Positions 33,810 through 43,595 are shown, counted from the first letter of the stretch. The stretch: 64,000 bases of DNA from Candidatus Izemoplasmatales bacterium (GCA_028698875.1 JAQVVR010000006.1:46924-110923); one strand, 5' to 3'. Notes: generated from the letters alone by a model not told the origin. Numbers and translations: made by a program.

Positions 33810-36161
33810 ATGGAACATTATGACGTTGTAGTTGTCGGAAATGATATCGGTTCGTTATCGACCGCCTTGTTTTTGGCACGAAAAATGCGGAAGGTTGCCT
33901 TGTTTCACGATACCGCTTCATTGACATCGAAAAAAGCGGCGGACGATTTTATTGATGTTAATAATCAAAAATATACCTTCAAATATGGACCGGGCGCTTC
34001 TGTTCCTGGGCTTAAAGAAGGGGGATTGCTATATCGATACCTACAACTTTTTAACATGGAAAATGAGATCAAATCAATCAATAAATTTTCGGATACTGTC
34101 GTTGATCGTGATGGGTCGCTATATACCCGGTCTTGGACACCAGAACAATTGCTTGTTTATTTAGTTAGACACTATCCAAAACAACGTGATGAAATACATC
34201 GCTTTTTTAAAGATATGGACCGAATGTATCATAATTTTATCATTCAGCAAGAAAACATGCTACAAAACCGAGACTATACTTTAACATCGCTGATGATCGA
34301 ATGGGGCGATTATAGTTTAAAACAGGTGCTTGATAAGTATTTTAACAATCAAGAACTAATCAGCGAGTTTTCTTTGTTTGATGCGGTAAACGGCCTTGAT
34401 TTGTCACAAGTGAATTCATATAACTTTTTCATGAGTTTCTTCGTTGGCTTGAACAACGGAGTTTCATATCTGTATGCCAACGAACAAGAAATCATGAAGA
34501 TGTTACTTGCAAAAATAACGGTGATTAATCCGAAACTGGTTCAAAATCGAAAGATTAAAAAAATAACTACGGACGATACCGGAAAAATTATCAAATTAGT
34601 TGATACCATGGGTAAAGATATCGTTGCTAAACATTATGTTTTTGCCGCAAGCCCACAAGAATTTTATCCCAAGTATTTTCCCACGCGGACAGCAGAACTT
34701 GAGGAGATTTTAAAGTATTATCCCAGTCTTGACAGCAAACGGCGAATTCAGACAGCATATATTTGTCTTAACCAAAAACCGGCAACTTGCGGCATCAACG
34801 AGTTGACCTATTATTTTAAGCCGGATCCGGAAACTAAAGTTCAATTAACACGAATGCTGAATTATAAAGTTTATGATCCGGAATCATGCGGAGCGAAAAA
34901 CGGGATTTTGGCAATTGATTTTGTCTATGACGACGGAGAAACAATCGATCTCAAACCGCTTTTAGATAAAGTTGTCGAAGCATTTCCAAAACTTGCAAAA
35001 TGTATTGTTGGGTCTTCCCTTGGCAAACCGCGAAAGTTCCTATCGATGCTTGCGGTTCCCGAAGTAAGAAAACAACTCTCGATTAATGAGCAAATCGCTA
35101 TAGAAGCAGGAGAACATATCAAGATATTCGACAATCTGTATTTGATTGGTGAATGGTTTCGTCCGGAAGCGGGCTTGTTTGGTATGTTTCATGCGGGAAT
35201 TCTGGATGGTGACACCATTGAAGAGCGGTTGTATTATGGTGAAGATGATGATGAATTTTACTATTTGACCAATGACGAAATCATGATGATGATGCGCCAT
35301 AATTATGGAAAAAAACCGCTTGGACCGAAAGAAACCCACGTGAATTTTCATATTGGCAAAAGTCATTATTTCGTACGAACTAAAGCCAAAAACATTACTG
35401 TTCACCGGGGAGAATATGCCGATCCAGATTTGACAATCTATTCTACCAACGACAAATTATCGAATCTATTACTTAAAAAAACCACGTTTGACGAGGTTTT
35501 AAAGAGCGGCGGTTTCAAATACAAGGGTAAAGAAGAAGATCTCTATGCGGCTATTAATGCGTTTAACCTAGATGATTATCATGAAGACGATAATCCAAGT
35601 CAATCCAAAACTAAAATCAAGTTTTTGGGCGTAAAATTTCTTTTTATTTATATTTTGATATGGGGTGTCATGGCCTTTTTAAGCAACTACTTGCCATTAA
35701 TTTGGTTGGCGCCGTTTGCTTATGGTTTAATTTTAATCACGTTATTTTTTAAATTACGAACATTTAAAAAAATCTCTTGGTTTGAAATCTATTTACTGAC
35801 GGTTGGTTTGGCGGTTCTTTTAATGGCAATTTTCTGGCCAACATTCAATAATCTGCTTCGCGACGATTATTTACTTGGCGCCTTTGCGTCGGTGTTTCTG
35901 GTTTCTTGGATTATTGACAAACCAATTGTACATGACTTCCATCAGTTTGACTACCGAAAGGACTACGCACAAACAGCACTATTTAAGGTCATTAATAATG
36001 GATTGACCTTAGTCTGGGCGCTCATCTTTGGAACAATTCTAGCTTTCACATATGTTACCGGAGAACGATATGTTTCAGTTTTATACAATTTGATTTTCTT
36101 AGGGTTCTTTCTCACCTATTTTTACCCAGTATTATATATTACAGCTAATATTAAGAAGTAA
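33810..36161 (+). CDS. Fusion protein: N-terminal NAD(P)/FAD-dependent oxidoreductase (phytoene-desaturase/amine-oxidase-like), SCP2-like sterol/lipid-carrier domain, C-terminal about 6-TM membrane domain
   Basis: DVVVVGNDIGSLSTALFLA dinucleotide fold. SCP2-like segment (HVNFHIGKSHYFV...DPDLTIYSTNDKL...GGFKYKGKEEDL). Hydrophobic C-terminus from about residue 600. RBS AAGAGGTG. Confidence 0.6.
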   Translation: MEHYDVVVVGNDIGSLSTALFLARKMRKVALFHDTASLTSKKAADDFIDVNNQKYTFKYGPGASVPGLKEGGLLYRYLQLFNMENEIKSINKFSDTVVDRDGSLYTRSWTPEQLLVYLVRHYPKQRDEIHRFFKDMDRMYHNFIIQQENMLQNRDYTLTSLMIEWGDYSLKQVLDKYFNNQELISEFSLFDAVNGLDLSQVNSYNFFMSFFVGLNNGVSYLYANEQEIMKMLLAKITVINPKLVQNRKIKKITTDDTGKIIKLVDTMGKDIVAKHYVFAASPQEFYPKYFPTRTAELEEILKYYPSLDSKRRIQTAYICLNQKPATCGINELTYYFKPDPETKVQLTRMLNYKVYDPESCGAKNGILAIDFVYDDGETIDLKPLLDKVVEAFPKLAKCIVGSSLGKPRKFLSMLAVPEVRKQLSINEQIAIEAGEHIKIFDNLYLIGEWFRPEAGLFGMFHAGILDGDTIEERLYYGEDDDEFYYLTNDEIMMMMRHNYGKKPLGPKETHVNFHIGKSHYFVRTKAKNITVHRGEYADPDLTIYSTNDKLSNLLLKKTTFDEVLKSGGFKYKGKEEDLYAAINAFNLDDYHEDDNPSQSKTKIKFLGVKFLFIYILIWGVMAFLSNYLPLIWLAPFAYGLILITLFFKLRTFKKISWFEIYLLTVGLAVLLMAIFWPTFNNLLRDDYLLGAFASVFLVSWIIDKPIVHDFHQFDYRKDYAQTALFKVINNGLTLVWALIFGTILAFTYVTGERYVSVLYNLIFLGFFLTYFYPVLYITANIKK

Positions 36162-36190
36162 GAACCAGGATTGAAAAAGGAGGCGGTTAT

Positions 36191-37366
36191 ATGAGCGATA
36201 TCATGATTTACATCGCATTAGGAATGGGAATCGTTCTGATTGTGATGAGTACAGTCTTTTATCACAAGTTTCGAATTTGGAAATTGATATTGATTATACT
36301 TACCAGCGCTGCCTATGCATTTTTACGGTTGTTTCCAGAGATTGTGGACGTTTATATTCCCATCGATATGACAATTGAATGGTATGGGTATTATTTATTC
36401 TTAGTCGTCATTATTTTAGCTATCAATTTTAAATCAAAAATAAAAATCACCCAAAATTTAACTGATTATGACTTTTTTGAGATGGAAAAGGAACTTGACG
36501 AACTAAAATCAACTTCGGAATTATTGCGGCTTCGATACATTTCCACAATCGAATTGTTAAATGAAGGGATGCTTTTTTATAACGATACACTTGATGGTTT
36601 CTTTGCTAGCGAACAATTCGGCAGAATTACCGGAATAACAAAAAGTGATATGACTATCGATGAATATGTGACGTTGATTCATCCTGATGATCAAAACCAA
36701 TATCTGTCGACCATCAAAAAAGCAAACCGGAAAACGCCATCATTTGATATCAAATATCGCATCAGCCGCGAGGGAATATATGTCTGGGTTGAGGAAAAAG
36801 GGCGAGTTTTTGATTATGAAAAGAAATTACAAATTTTGTCATCGATTAAGGGAATAGATATCAAGTTATTCCCAGAAACCCTAATTCACGAGATTGACTC
36901 ACTTCCGACGGAACAACAACTTTTCCAATATTTATCGCAAATATCTAAAGAACCGGAGTCGTTTTATCTGATTATGATTCAATTGACCAATATTCCCGAC
37001 ATCAATTCGCGTTTTGGTCGTGATGTTGGCAATTTAATGATTGCGGAATATATTAAAAAAATGCGATTCCATTTTGCCAAGGATATCAATAGTATTTTTA
37101 GAATTACTGGTATCCAGTTTGCTTTAATCATTCGCGAACAGCGCAAATATGACGTTATGAACAGGGCTTTGCAAAGTGGTGGCGATCTAATCAATTTAAT
37201 GATTAATATTGGTGGCATCCAACAGGTCGTTTATCCTAATCTTGGGATCATTAAACACGAACCATGGTCAACCTATTCATTGTCGGAGTATGTTGGTTTT
37301 GCCAACAAAGCAATGGAAGAAGCAATTCGCAATCAAAAAAAGAATTATTCCGTTTTTGGCGAATAA
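36191..37366 (+). CDS. Membrane sensor protein: 3 TM + PAS domain + degenerate GGDEF domain
   Basis: The PAS region is LNEGMLFYNDTLDGFFASEQFGRITG. The C-terminal GGDEF-like fold has the GG(D/E)EF motif replaced by TGIQF (RITGIQFALII), so it is probably not an active c-di-GMP cyclase. Confidence 0.6.
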   Translation: MSDIMIYIALGMGIVLIVMSTVFYHKFRIWKLILIILTSAAYAFLRLFPEIVDVYIPIDMTIEWYGYYLFLVVIILAINFKSKIKITQNLTDYDFFEMEKELDELKSTSELLRLRYISTIELLNEGMLFYNDTLDGFFASEQFGRITGITKSDMTIDEYVTLIHPDDQNQYLSTIKKANRKTPSFDIKYRISREGIYVWVEEKGRVFDYEKKLQILSSIKGIDIKLFPETLIHEIDSLPTEQQLFQYLSQISKEPESFYLIMIQLTNIPDINSRFGRDVGNLMIAEYIKKMRFHFAKDINSIFRITGIQFALIIREQRKYDVMNRALQSGGDLINLMINIGGIQQVVYPNLGIIKHEPWSTYSLSEYVGFANKAMEEAIRNQKKNYSVFGE

Positions 37367-37440
37367 TTATAGAACCAAAAGCCGTTCAGTAGATTACAAA
37401 TGATATACCCTCAAGTCATTACTCTCGACAAGGAGGAAAT

Positions 37441-38097
37441 ATGTATACTGCATTGATTGTTGCCGCAGGCAGCGGTTCCCGAACTAAATTACCATTTAAC
37501 AAGATGTTCTATGAAATTAAAAAGAAACCGCTGATTATGTATTCAGTCGATCGGTTTTTAGCTGATTCGGATTGCGAAGAGGTTGTTATTGTTCACGCAA
37601 ATGTCGACGCTTCGCGAATGACTACATTAACAAAAAATATGGTAAAAATCAAGTTGACCGTCGGGGGCACAACTCGACAAGGAAGCGTTTATGCGGGGTT
37701 AAAACTTGCGAAAAGCAAATATGTATTAATTCATGATGGGGCGCGGCCTAACATCAGTAAAGCAAGTATCGACAATTTAAAGCGAGCAATGCTTGATCAA
37801 GGCGCGGCGACGCTTGCGATCCCGATTAAAGATTCATTGGTTACTGTTGAGAACAATTTTGTGACAGAATTTATCAATCGCGATACAACATATTTGGTTC
37901 AAACGCCACAAGCATTCCTTACCGAAGACATTCTTAAGGCTCATCTTTTAGCCAATAATTCGGGAACAGTTCATACTGATGATGTGTCCGTATATTTGGA
38001 TAAATTTAATAAAGAAGTTAAAATCGTGCTTGGCGACGAAGATAACATTAAAGTCACAACAAAAACCGATCTGCAACTTATGGAGGCCTTATTATGA
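37441..38097 (+). CDS. ispD: 2-C-methyl-D-erythritol 4-phosphate cytidylyltransferase
   Basis: IVAAGSGSR...P motif and IspD length. Confidence 0.88.
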   Translation: MYTALIVAAGSGSRTKLPFNKMFYEIKKKPLIMYSVDRFLADSDCEEVVIVHANVDASRMTTLTKNMVKIKLTVGGTTRQGSVYAGLKLAKSKYVLIHDGARPNISKASIDNLKRAMLDQGAATLAIPIKDSLVTVENNFVTEFINRDTTYLVQTPQAFLTEDILKAHLLANNSGTVHTDDVSVYLDKFNKEVKIVLGDEDNIKVTTKTDLQLMEALL

Positions 38098-38585
38098 TTA
38101 AAATTGGTTTTTCTAAAGACATTCACCCCCTTCAAATAGGGAGGCCATTTATCCTCGGGGGAATCAAAATTGAACACGATAAGGGACCGATTGGACACTC
38201 TGACGCTGATTGCTTATTACATGCAATTTCGGAAGCGTTGCTTGGCGCTTTAGCTTTAGGAGATTTAGGAAAATTTTTCCCTGATACCGAACCCAAATAT
38301 AAGAATTATGATTCGGCTTTGATTCTTCAGGAAATCTTCAATTACGTTGAAAGCAAAGGATATATGATTGGCAATTTGGATTGCATGGTTTCGCTTGAAA
38401 AACCCTTACTAAGACCATATATTGATGATATGCGTCGTCGTATTGCCGATATTCTTCGTACCGATATTGCGAGAATATCGATTAAAGCGACGACGTTCGA
38501 AGGTCTAGGAATTGTTGGGGAAGAAAAAGCCATAATTTGTGAAGCTGTCGTCTTGCTGGAAAACGATCTGATTTGGGGAATATAA
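38094..38585 (+). CDS. ispF: 2-C-methyl-D-erythritol 2,4-cyclodiphosphate synthase
   Basis: IGHSDADCLLHAISEALLGA metal-binding motif. 4-nt overlap with ispD. Confidence 0.9.
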   Translation: MIKIGFSKDIHPLQIGRPFILGGIKIEHDKGPIGHSDADCLLHAISEALLGALALGDLGKFFPDTEPKYKNYDSALILQEIFNYVESKGYMIGNLDCMVSLEKPLLRPYIDDMRRRIADILRTDIARISIKATTFEGLGIVGEEKAIICEAVVLLENDLIWGI

Positions 38586-38587
38586 CC

Positions 38588-38617
38588 GGCAGGACGAAAT
38601 TCGTCCTGTTTCTTTTA
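38588..38617 (+). terminator. Rho-independent terminator after ispF
   Basis: CAGGACGAAATTCGTCCTGTTTCTTTT. Confidence 0.75.
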
Positions 38618-38689
38618 TACAACAAGTCATTTTTGTTATGATATTTGCGAAGATATGATAAAATAGTAGTGCATCGGAGTTGATAAAAC

Positions 38690-38974
38690 ATGATTGAAAC
38701 CGAATTTGGAGAATTTGAACTAATAAAAAATCATCGAGACGCTTTCATTCTGGATGATTTTAACAAACGCTATATAGATGTATTTGATATATATCCATAT
38801 ATCGTTGGCGATTATTCGGCGGGAATTTTACGATTAAAGGGATTCACGAAGAACGGAAAAACGAGTAACTTCCGAATGATACCAGATTATTTAATGGAAT
38901 CATGTGCCCTCAACTGTCCTTATTACATCTTAAAAAATCCGAATTTTAATCCTAGCAAAAAACGCGATTCGTGA
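38690..38974 (+). CDS. yutD: YutD-family protein (DUF1027)
   Basis: FELIKNHRDAF...YIVGDYSAGILRLKGF pattern of the Firmicute YutD family. Confidence 0.6.
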   Translation: MIETEFGEFELIKNHRDAFILDDFNKRYIDVFDIYPYIVGDYSAGILRLKGFTKNGKTSNFRMIPDYLMESCALNCPYYILKNPNFNPSKKRDS

Positions 38975-38987
38975 ACCGGGTGAGATT

Positions 38988-39221
38988 GTGACTTACGAAG
39001 AGATAATTGAAGAAATCCAAGCCGTACTCAGTCTTGTGCGTCCGTACCTACAAAGAGACGGCGGCGATGTTAAATACATTAAATTTGAAGACGGAATCGT
39101 TTATGTTGAATTAACCGGAGCTTGTGTTGGCTGCGGTGGTTTTGAAGACACGATGCGAGAAATGATTGAAGAAACATTACTTGAACGAGTTCCTGGTGTA
39201 ATCGGTGTCGAACATATATAG
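38988..39221 (+). CDS. NifU-like Fe-S cluster assembly domain protein (Nfu C-terminal domain)
   Basis: LVRPYLQRDGGDV...ELTGACVGCG motif. GTG start. Confidence 0.8.
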   Translation: MTYEEIIEEIQAVLSLVRPYLQRDGGDVKYIKFEDGIVYVELTGACVGCGGFEDTMREMIEETLLERVPGVIGVEHI

Positions 39222-39265
39222 CAAAACAATTATCAACCCACACTTTTTGTAAAAGGGGGATCATC

Positions 39266-39595
39266 ATGAAGAAAGGCGATCTTGTCAAAGGCCGAGTAAT
39301 GAGTATTAAATCATACGGAGCGTTTGTAAAAATCAATGATGAATTTGATGGATTGGTCCACATTTCTGAGATTAGTGATGGCTTTGTTCGTAGCATTAGC
39401 GATTTCATTAATGTTGGCGATGTTGTCGATTTGGTTGTCCTAAGCGTTAACAAAGACAATAAAATTAGTCTTAGTTTTAAGCGGGCACAACTAAATCACA
39501 AAAAGAAATATCAACAAATTGAATTAAAAAGCGGGTTTCAACCGCTGGGTGATAAATTGCCAGAGTGGATTGCGGAATATTCAAAAGAAGAATAA
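39266..39595 (+). CDS. S1 RNA-binding domain protein (YugI/GSP13-like)
   Basis: GDLVKGRVMSIKSYGAFVKIND...GLVHISEI S1 motif. Confidence 0.8.
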   Translation: MKKGDLVKGRVMSIKSYGAFVKINDEFDGLVHISEISDGFVRSISDFINVGDVVDLVVLSVNKDNKISLSFKRAQLNHKKKYQQIELKSGFQPLGDKLPEWIAEYSKEE

Positions 39596-39661
39596 ACAAC
39601 ACAAGGTAAAGCAATTTTTAAGTATTGAGCGTTAGTAAGAATTGATATCAGCAAATAGACC

Positions 39662-39689
39662 TTTACATCCATAATCAATGTGCTATAAT
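39662..39689 (+). promoter_or_regulatory. Promoter of the T-box leader (TTTACA-16-TGcTATAAT, extended -10)
   Basis: TTTACA at 39662-39667 and TGCTATAAT at 39681-39689. Confidence 0.55.
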
Positions 39690-39694
39690 ATAAC

Positions 39695-39918
39695 CAAATC
39701 AATGAACGGAGAAGTACGATGCTCGTTTGATCATAGCGAATGGGGAGATGGTGAAAGCCCCACGATCAGATCCATCGAAATAACACCGGGAGAGACGGAA
39801 GAACAAAGTAGAACCGTCCGCACATCTGCGTTAAAGATGCTGAGTGCCGAATATTATTTCGGAACAAAGGTGGTACCACGGTTGATAATCGTCCTTTTTT
39901 TGGACGATTTTTTATTTT
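39695..39918 (+). promoter_or_regulatory. T-box riboswitch leader, probable Asn (AAC) specificity, upstream of alkD-like + asnS
   Basis: Conserved T-box sequence AACAAAGGTGGTACCACGG (39862-39880) lies immediately 5' of terminator hairpin AATCGTCC-TTTTTTT-GGACGATT plus T-run (39885-39914). Upstream are GGTGAAAGC and GGGAGAG stem-I-like elements and a candidate specifier AAC in ...GAAATAACACC... ORF-track item 39678-39920 is this leader, not a gene. Confidence 0.65.
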
Positions 39919-39932
39919 AAGGAGGTGGAATA

Positions 39933-40634
39933 ATGTTGATTCTTGAAGAACTAAAAGCAGATCAACGGGTCAATAATGCAAACCCGCTGTCAAAATTTCA
40001 CAAAACCGGAGTTGGTGAATATCAACATGGGGATGTATTTTGGGATATTCCGATACCAAAGATTCGCCGCGTTGTCAAAAATCATTATCAGGATGTTTCG
40101 TATGACGATATCGATATTTTGCTGGCCTCGAATGTTCATGAAGTCCGTCTTTGTGGATTATTGATACTTACGGAACTGATGAAAACCATTAGCGACTCGC
40201 AAAAACCAAGACTAGTAAATTATTATCTTGAACACCTAGATCAGATTAATGGGTGGGATCTGGTTGATCTCTCGGCACCCGCCATCTTAGGGACATATAT
40301 TTATGAAGTCAAAGACAGCGGTATTCTTGATGTGCTTGCCAAGTCGGATAATCTTTGGCATCGACGCATAGCCATAGTTGCAACTTTGAAATTAATTAAA
40401 CATAATGAACTTAATCCAACGTATCGAATTGTTAAAAAACTCATTAATGATCAAGAAGATTTGATTCACAAGGCATGTGGATGGATGCTTCGGGAGGCCG
40501 GCAAGCAAAATCGACCACGATTGGATCACTTTTTACGAGACAATTATTCCCAACTCTCACGCACCACATTGAGATATGCAATCGAAAAACACGATGAATC
40601 AGAACGGAAAGCATTTTTGAAAGGGAACTTTTAG
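39933..40634 (+). CDS. DNA alkylation repair enzyme, AlkD/AlkC-like HEAT-repeat DNA glycosylase family
   Basis: About 230-aa all-helical protein with pfam DNA_alkylation-like spacing (WDLVDLSAP...[11 protein letters not shown]...ACGWMLRE). RBS AAGGAGGTGG. Confidence 0.7.
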   Translation: MLILEELKADQRVNNANPLSKFHKTGVGEYQHGDVFWDIPIPKIRRVVKNHYQDVSYDDIDILLASNVHEVRLCGLLILTELMKTISDSQKPRLVNYYLEHLDQINGWDLVDLSAPAILGTYIYEVKDSGILDVLAKSDNLWHRRIAIVATLKLIKHNELNPTYRIVKKLINDQEDLIHKACGWMLREAGKQNRPRLDHFLRDNYSQLSRTTLRYAIEKHDESERKAFLKGNF

Positions 40635-40645
40635 GAGGGGTAAAG

Positions 40646-42034
40646 ATGGATATTACCATTAAAGAATTATATCAAAAATATTTAGAATCAGCGGGGAAAC
40701 ACGTTACAATCTCTGGCTGGATTCGTAACAGTCGAGCCCAAAAAGAGTTTGGATTTATTGATTTAAACGACGGATCGTTTTTTGAAACGATTCAAGTTGT
40801 ATATGAAGAAAACGAGGTATCAAATTTTAAGGACATTCAGAAATTTAGGGTTGGTTCCTCAATTACTGTCGAAGGAATTCTTTCCGTCACGCCCAACATG
40901 AAACAGCCATTTGAAATTAAAGCGACAATGATTACTTTGGTGGGAGACAGTCCAGAGAATTATCCGATTCAACCGAAACGACATTCTCGTGAATTTTTAA
41001 GAGAGAATGCGCATTTGCGGATGCGGACGAACCTATTTTCGGCTGTTTTTCGCGTCAGATCGGAAGTGTCTTATGCCATTCATAGTTTTTTCCATGACCG
41101 GAACTTTGTTTATGTACACACGCCAATTGTTACCGGCTCAGATGCAGAAGGCGCAGGCGAAATGTTTAAAGTGACTACGCTTGATATTGAGAAAATACTA
41201 CAAAGCGATGCCAAAGCCATTGATTATTCGAAAGACTTTTTTGGTAAGGCGACTAATCTAACGGTGTCGGGACAACTTCAAGTAGAAACATATGCGATGG
41301 CATTTCGCAATGTGTATACTTTTGGACCGACTTTTCGAGCGGAAAATTCAAATACGCAGCGCCATGCATCGGAATTTTGGATGATTGAGCCCGAAATCGC
41401 TTTTGCTGATTTACATGATGACATGCGGTTAGCTGAAGAAATGGTCAAATATGTTATTAGGTATATATTGGAACATTGTTCCAAAGAAGTCGATTTTTTC
41501 AATGATTTTGTCGAGAAAGGGCTGCGCTCTAAACTTGAGAAAGTAGTCAATTCTGATTTTCAAGTTGTCACTCATCATGATGCGATATCTATTTTGAAGG
41601 CAGCCAAGGAACAATTTGAAAATCAACCCGAATACGGAGAAGATTTAGCTACTGAACACGAAAAATACCTAACTAAATATTTCGATGGACCGGTGTTCGT
41701 CATAGACTGGCCAAAAGAAATTAAAGCATTTTATATGCGCGTTAACCCCGATGGAAAAACTGTCGCGGCGATGGATTTGCTTGTCCCCGGATCAGGTGAA
41801 TTGATTGGCGGATCACAACGCGAAGAACGACTTGATGTTTTAGAGAAAAAGATGCAAAACTTACATATCGACAAAAGTAATTATTGGTGGTATCTTGATT
41901 TGCGCAAGTATGGCGGATGCCCACATGCCGGATTCGGATTAGGACTGGAACGAATGATTATGTATGTTACTGGTATTGATAATATCCGTGATGTGATTCC
42001 GTTCCCAAGAACACCAAAGAATTGCGAGTTTTAA
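40646..42034 (+). CDS. asnS: Asparagine--tRNA ligase
   Basis: N-terminal OB anticodon-binding domain plus class IIb core ([38 protein letters not shown]). Confidence 0.9.
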   Translation: MDITIKELYQKYLESAGKHVTISGWIRNSRAQKEFGFIDLNDGSFFETIQVVYEENEVSNFKDIQKFRVGSSITVEGILSVTPNMKQPFEIKATMITLVGDSPENYPIQPKRHSREFLRENAHLRMRTNLFSAVFRVRSEVSYAIHSFFHDRNFVYVHTPIVTGSDAEGAGEMFKVTTLDIEKILQSDAKAIDYSKDFFGKATNLTVSGQLQVETYAMAFRNVYTFGPTFRAENSNTQRHASEFWMIEPEIAFADLHDDMRLAEEMVKYVIRYILEHCSKEVDFFNDFVEKGLRSKLEKVVNSDFQVVTHHDAISILKAAKEQFENQPEYGEDLATEHEKYLTKYFDGPVFVIDWPKEIKAFYMRVNPDGKTVAAMDLLVPGSGELIGGSQREERLDVLEKKMQNLHIDKSNYWWYLDLRKYGGCPHAGFGLGLERMIMYVTGIDNIRDVIPFPRTPKNCEF

Positions 42035-42039
42035 TTATC

Positions 42040-42075
42040 ATGGCAACCAGAGCCTAAAACCGGTTGCCTTTTTTC
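42040..42075 (+). terminator. Rho-independent terminator after asnS
   Basis: GGCAACCAGAGCCTAAAACCGGTTGCCTTTTTT. Confidence 0.75.
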
Positions 42076-42105
42076 ACAAGGTATAAGAATTAAGGGGGAA
42101 TAATA

Positions 42106-43548
42106 GTGAAGAAAGCTATGCTTCTTATGATTGGATTGGCATTAAGTATGATATTTATTGGCTGTACTCCTGGAGAACAAACAACGGCATCGGAATTGTC
42201 GGTTACGGAACGGGTTCAGGCGCTTCAAAACCCATATATGATTATGCTATTTATCACCGAAGACGCGACAACATCAGTTGGGATTAATTTTGAGTTGCCG
42301 ACAAATTCGGATGGTTACGTCGAGTATCGCTTATTAGGAAATTTAGAATTTGTTCGTCTCTCGGCAACGAAAAAGGCGACAACTGTTGGATCAAATTTGG
42401 TATATTTGTATGAAAAAAAGATATCTAATTTACTGCCCGATTCAATATATGAATATCGCATCGGTGGGGGAAATGATTTATATGAAAGCAACACTTATCA
42501 GTTTAAAACCGCCCAAACCAATGAAACGGAAACGGTTTTTATGTTGTTATCAGATCCACAAGGTAGCGACTCAATTGATTATATGACGTATGCAAACAAC
42601 GTGATAAGAATCAGCGAACAAGCACAAAAAAATGTCGATTTTGTGATGTTTACCGGTGACGTTGTCAACGATGATGATAGCCGGTCCCAGTGGAACCTGT
42701 TGTTCAAATACTCCTCAATATTTTCGTATAATATTCCGGTTGCCGCAACAGCAGGAAACCACGAAACGGGATCAATATTTGAGTCACAAGTTCAAAACAT
42801 CGAACTTGATGGTTACTACAATTTGCCAAATAACGGACCGACTTATAACGATTTCGATGAATTGGAAAATGACCAGCGCACCTCAACGTTTGATCAAGGT
42901 AAAACGTATAGTTTTGATTATGGATACGGTCATTTTGTCGCCATTGATACCGAATTGTTTTACGGCGACACGGGTATTAATGGTGTTGTTGATGAAGAAA
43001 ATATTGCTCTATTCAATTCTTGGTTGGTCGCTGATTTAGGGGCAAATGCAGACAAATGGATTATTGTTTATCTCCATCGCGGACCATACGCATTAACTTA
43101 TGATTCGTATAATGTCCGGCAACGGTTGACACCAATTTTTGATCAATATGGCGTTGATTTGGTCATCTCTGGACACGATCATCGTTACTCACGAGCGGTT
43201 ATCTCACAAGGGACAATGATCGATTTTACAACTGCGGACACCTATTTAAATGGTAATATTAGTTTGATATTGGATGGCGATTTCACAAGAAACTTTAATG
43301 ATTATAGTAGCGGGCTTGGAGTCACGTACTTTGTCGGAAACTCTTCGGGGACAAAGTTTTATGGTGACACAGCCGAGCCGGAAATGGCTGTCACTTATTT
43401 ATACTATGGTGAAAACGCAGTGATCCCGTTTTTTACAGTCACGGAAACCGCGATTGAAGTGGTTTCTTATCTGATTGAAAAATCAGGAAACACGGCGATT
43501 TTCCCGGATTCAATATCAATACTTGAATCGTTCATAATACGCAAATAA
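42106..43548 (+). CDS. Purple-acid-phosphatase-like metallophosphoesterase lipoprotein (extracellular phosphoesterase)
   Basis: Lipobox FIGC|TP. A PAP N-terminal Fn3-like region (YEYRIGGGN...YQFKTA). Calcineurin-like motifs GDVVND, AGNHE and GHDHRY. GTG start behind AAGGGGGAA. Confidence 0.75.
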   Translation: MKKAMLLMIGLALSMIFIGCTPGEQTTASELSVTERVQALQNPYMIMLFITEDATTSVGINFELPTNSDGYVEYRLLGNLEFVRLSATKKATTVGSNLVYLYEKKISNLLPDSIYEYRIGGGNDLYESNTYQFKTAQTNETETVFMLLSDPQGSDSIDYMTYANNVIRISEQAQKNVDFVMFTGDVVNDDDSRSQWNLLFKYSSIFSYNIPVAATAGNHETGSIFESQVQNIELDGYYNLPNNGPTYNDFDELENDQRTSTFDQGKTYSFDYGYGHFVAIDTELFYGDTGINGVVDEENIALFNSWLVADLGANADKWIIVYLHRGPYALTYDSYNVRQRLTPIFDQYGVDLVISGHDHRYSRAVISQGTMIDFTTADTYLNGNISLILDGDFTRNFNDYSSGLGVTYFVGNSSGTKFYGDTAEPEMAVTYLYYGENAVIPFFTVTETAIEVVSYLIEKSGNTAIFPDSISILESFIIRK

Positions 43549-43588
43549 AAAGGACCGATCGGGAATTTGCCGATCGGTCTCTTTTTTA
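43549..43588. terminator. Bidirectional terminator between the PAP-like gene and the SPFH gene
   Basis: GACCGATCGGGAATTTGCCGATCGGTC palindrome flanked by A and T runs. Confidence 0.75.
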
Positions 43589-43595
43589 ATGATTT

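Noticed and set aside
36191-37366. Annotating the PAS-GGDEF protein as an active diguanylate cyclase
   Set aside because: The GG(D/E)EF active-site motif is replaced by TGIQF and no neighbouring EAL/HD-GYP gene exists, so it was called degenerate/non-catalytic.
39678-39920. 80-aa ORF MCYNITKSMNGEVRCSF... from the six-frame track
   Set aside because: It coincides with the T-box leader, ending in the terminator hairpin, and has no RBS. It was interpreted as a non-coding regulatory RNA.
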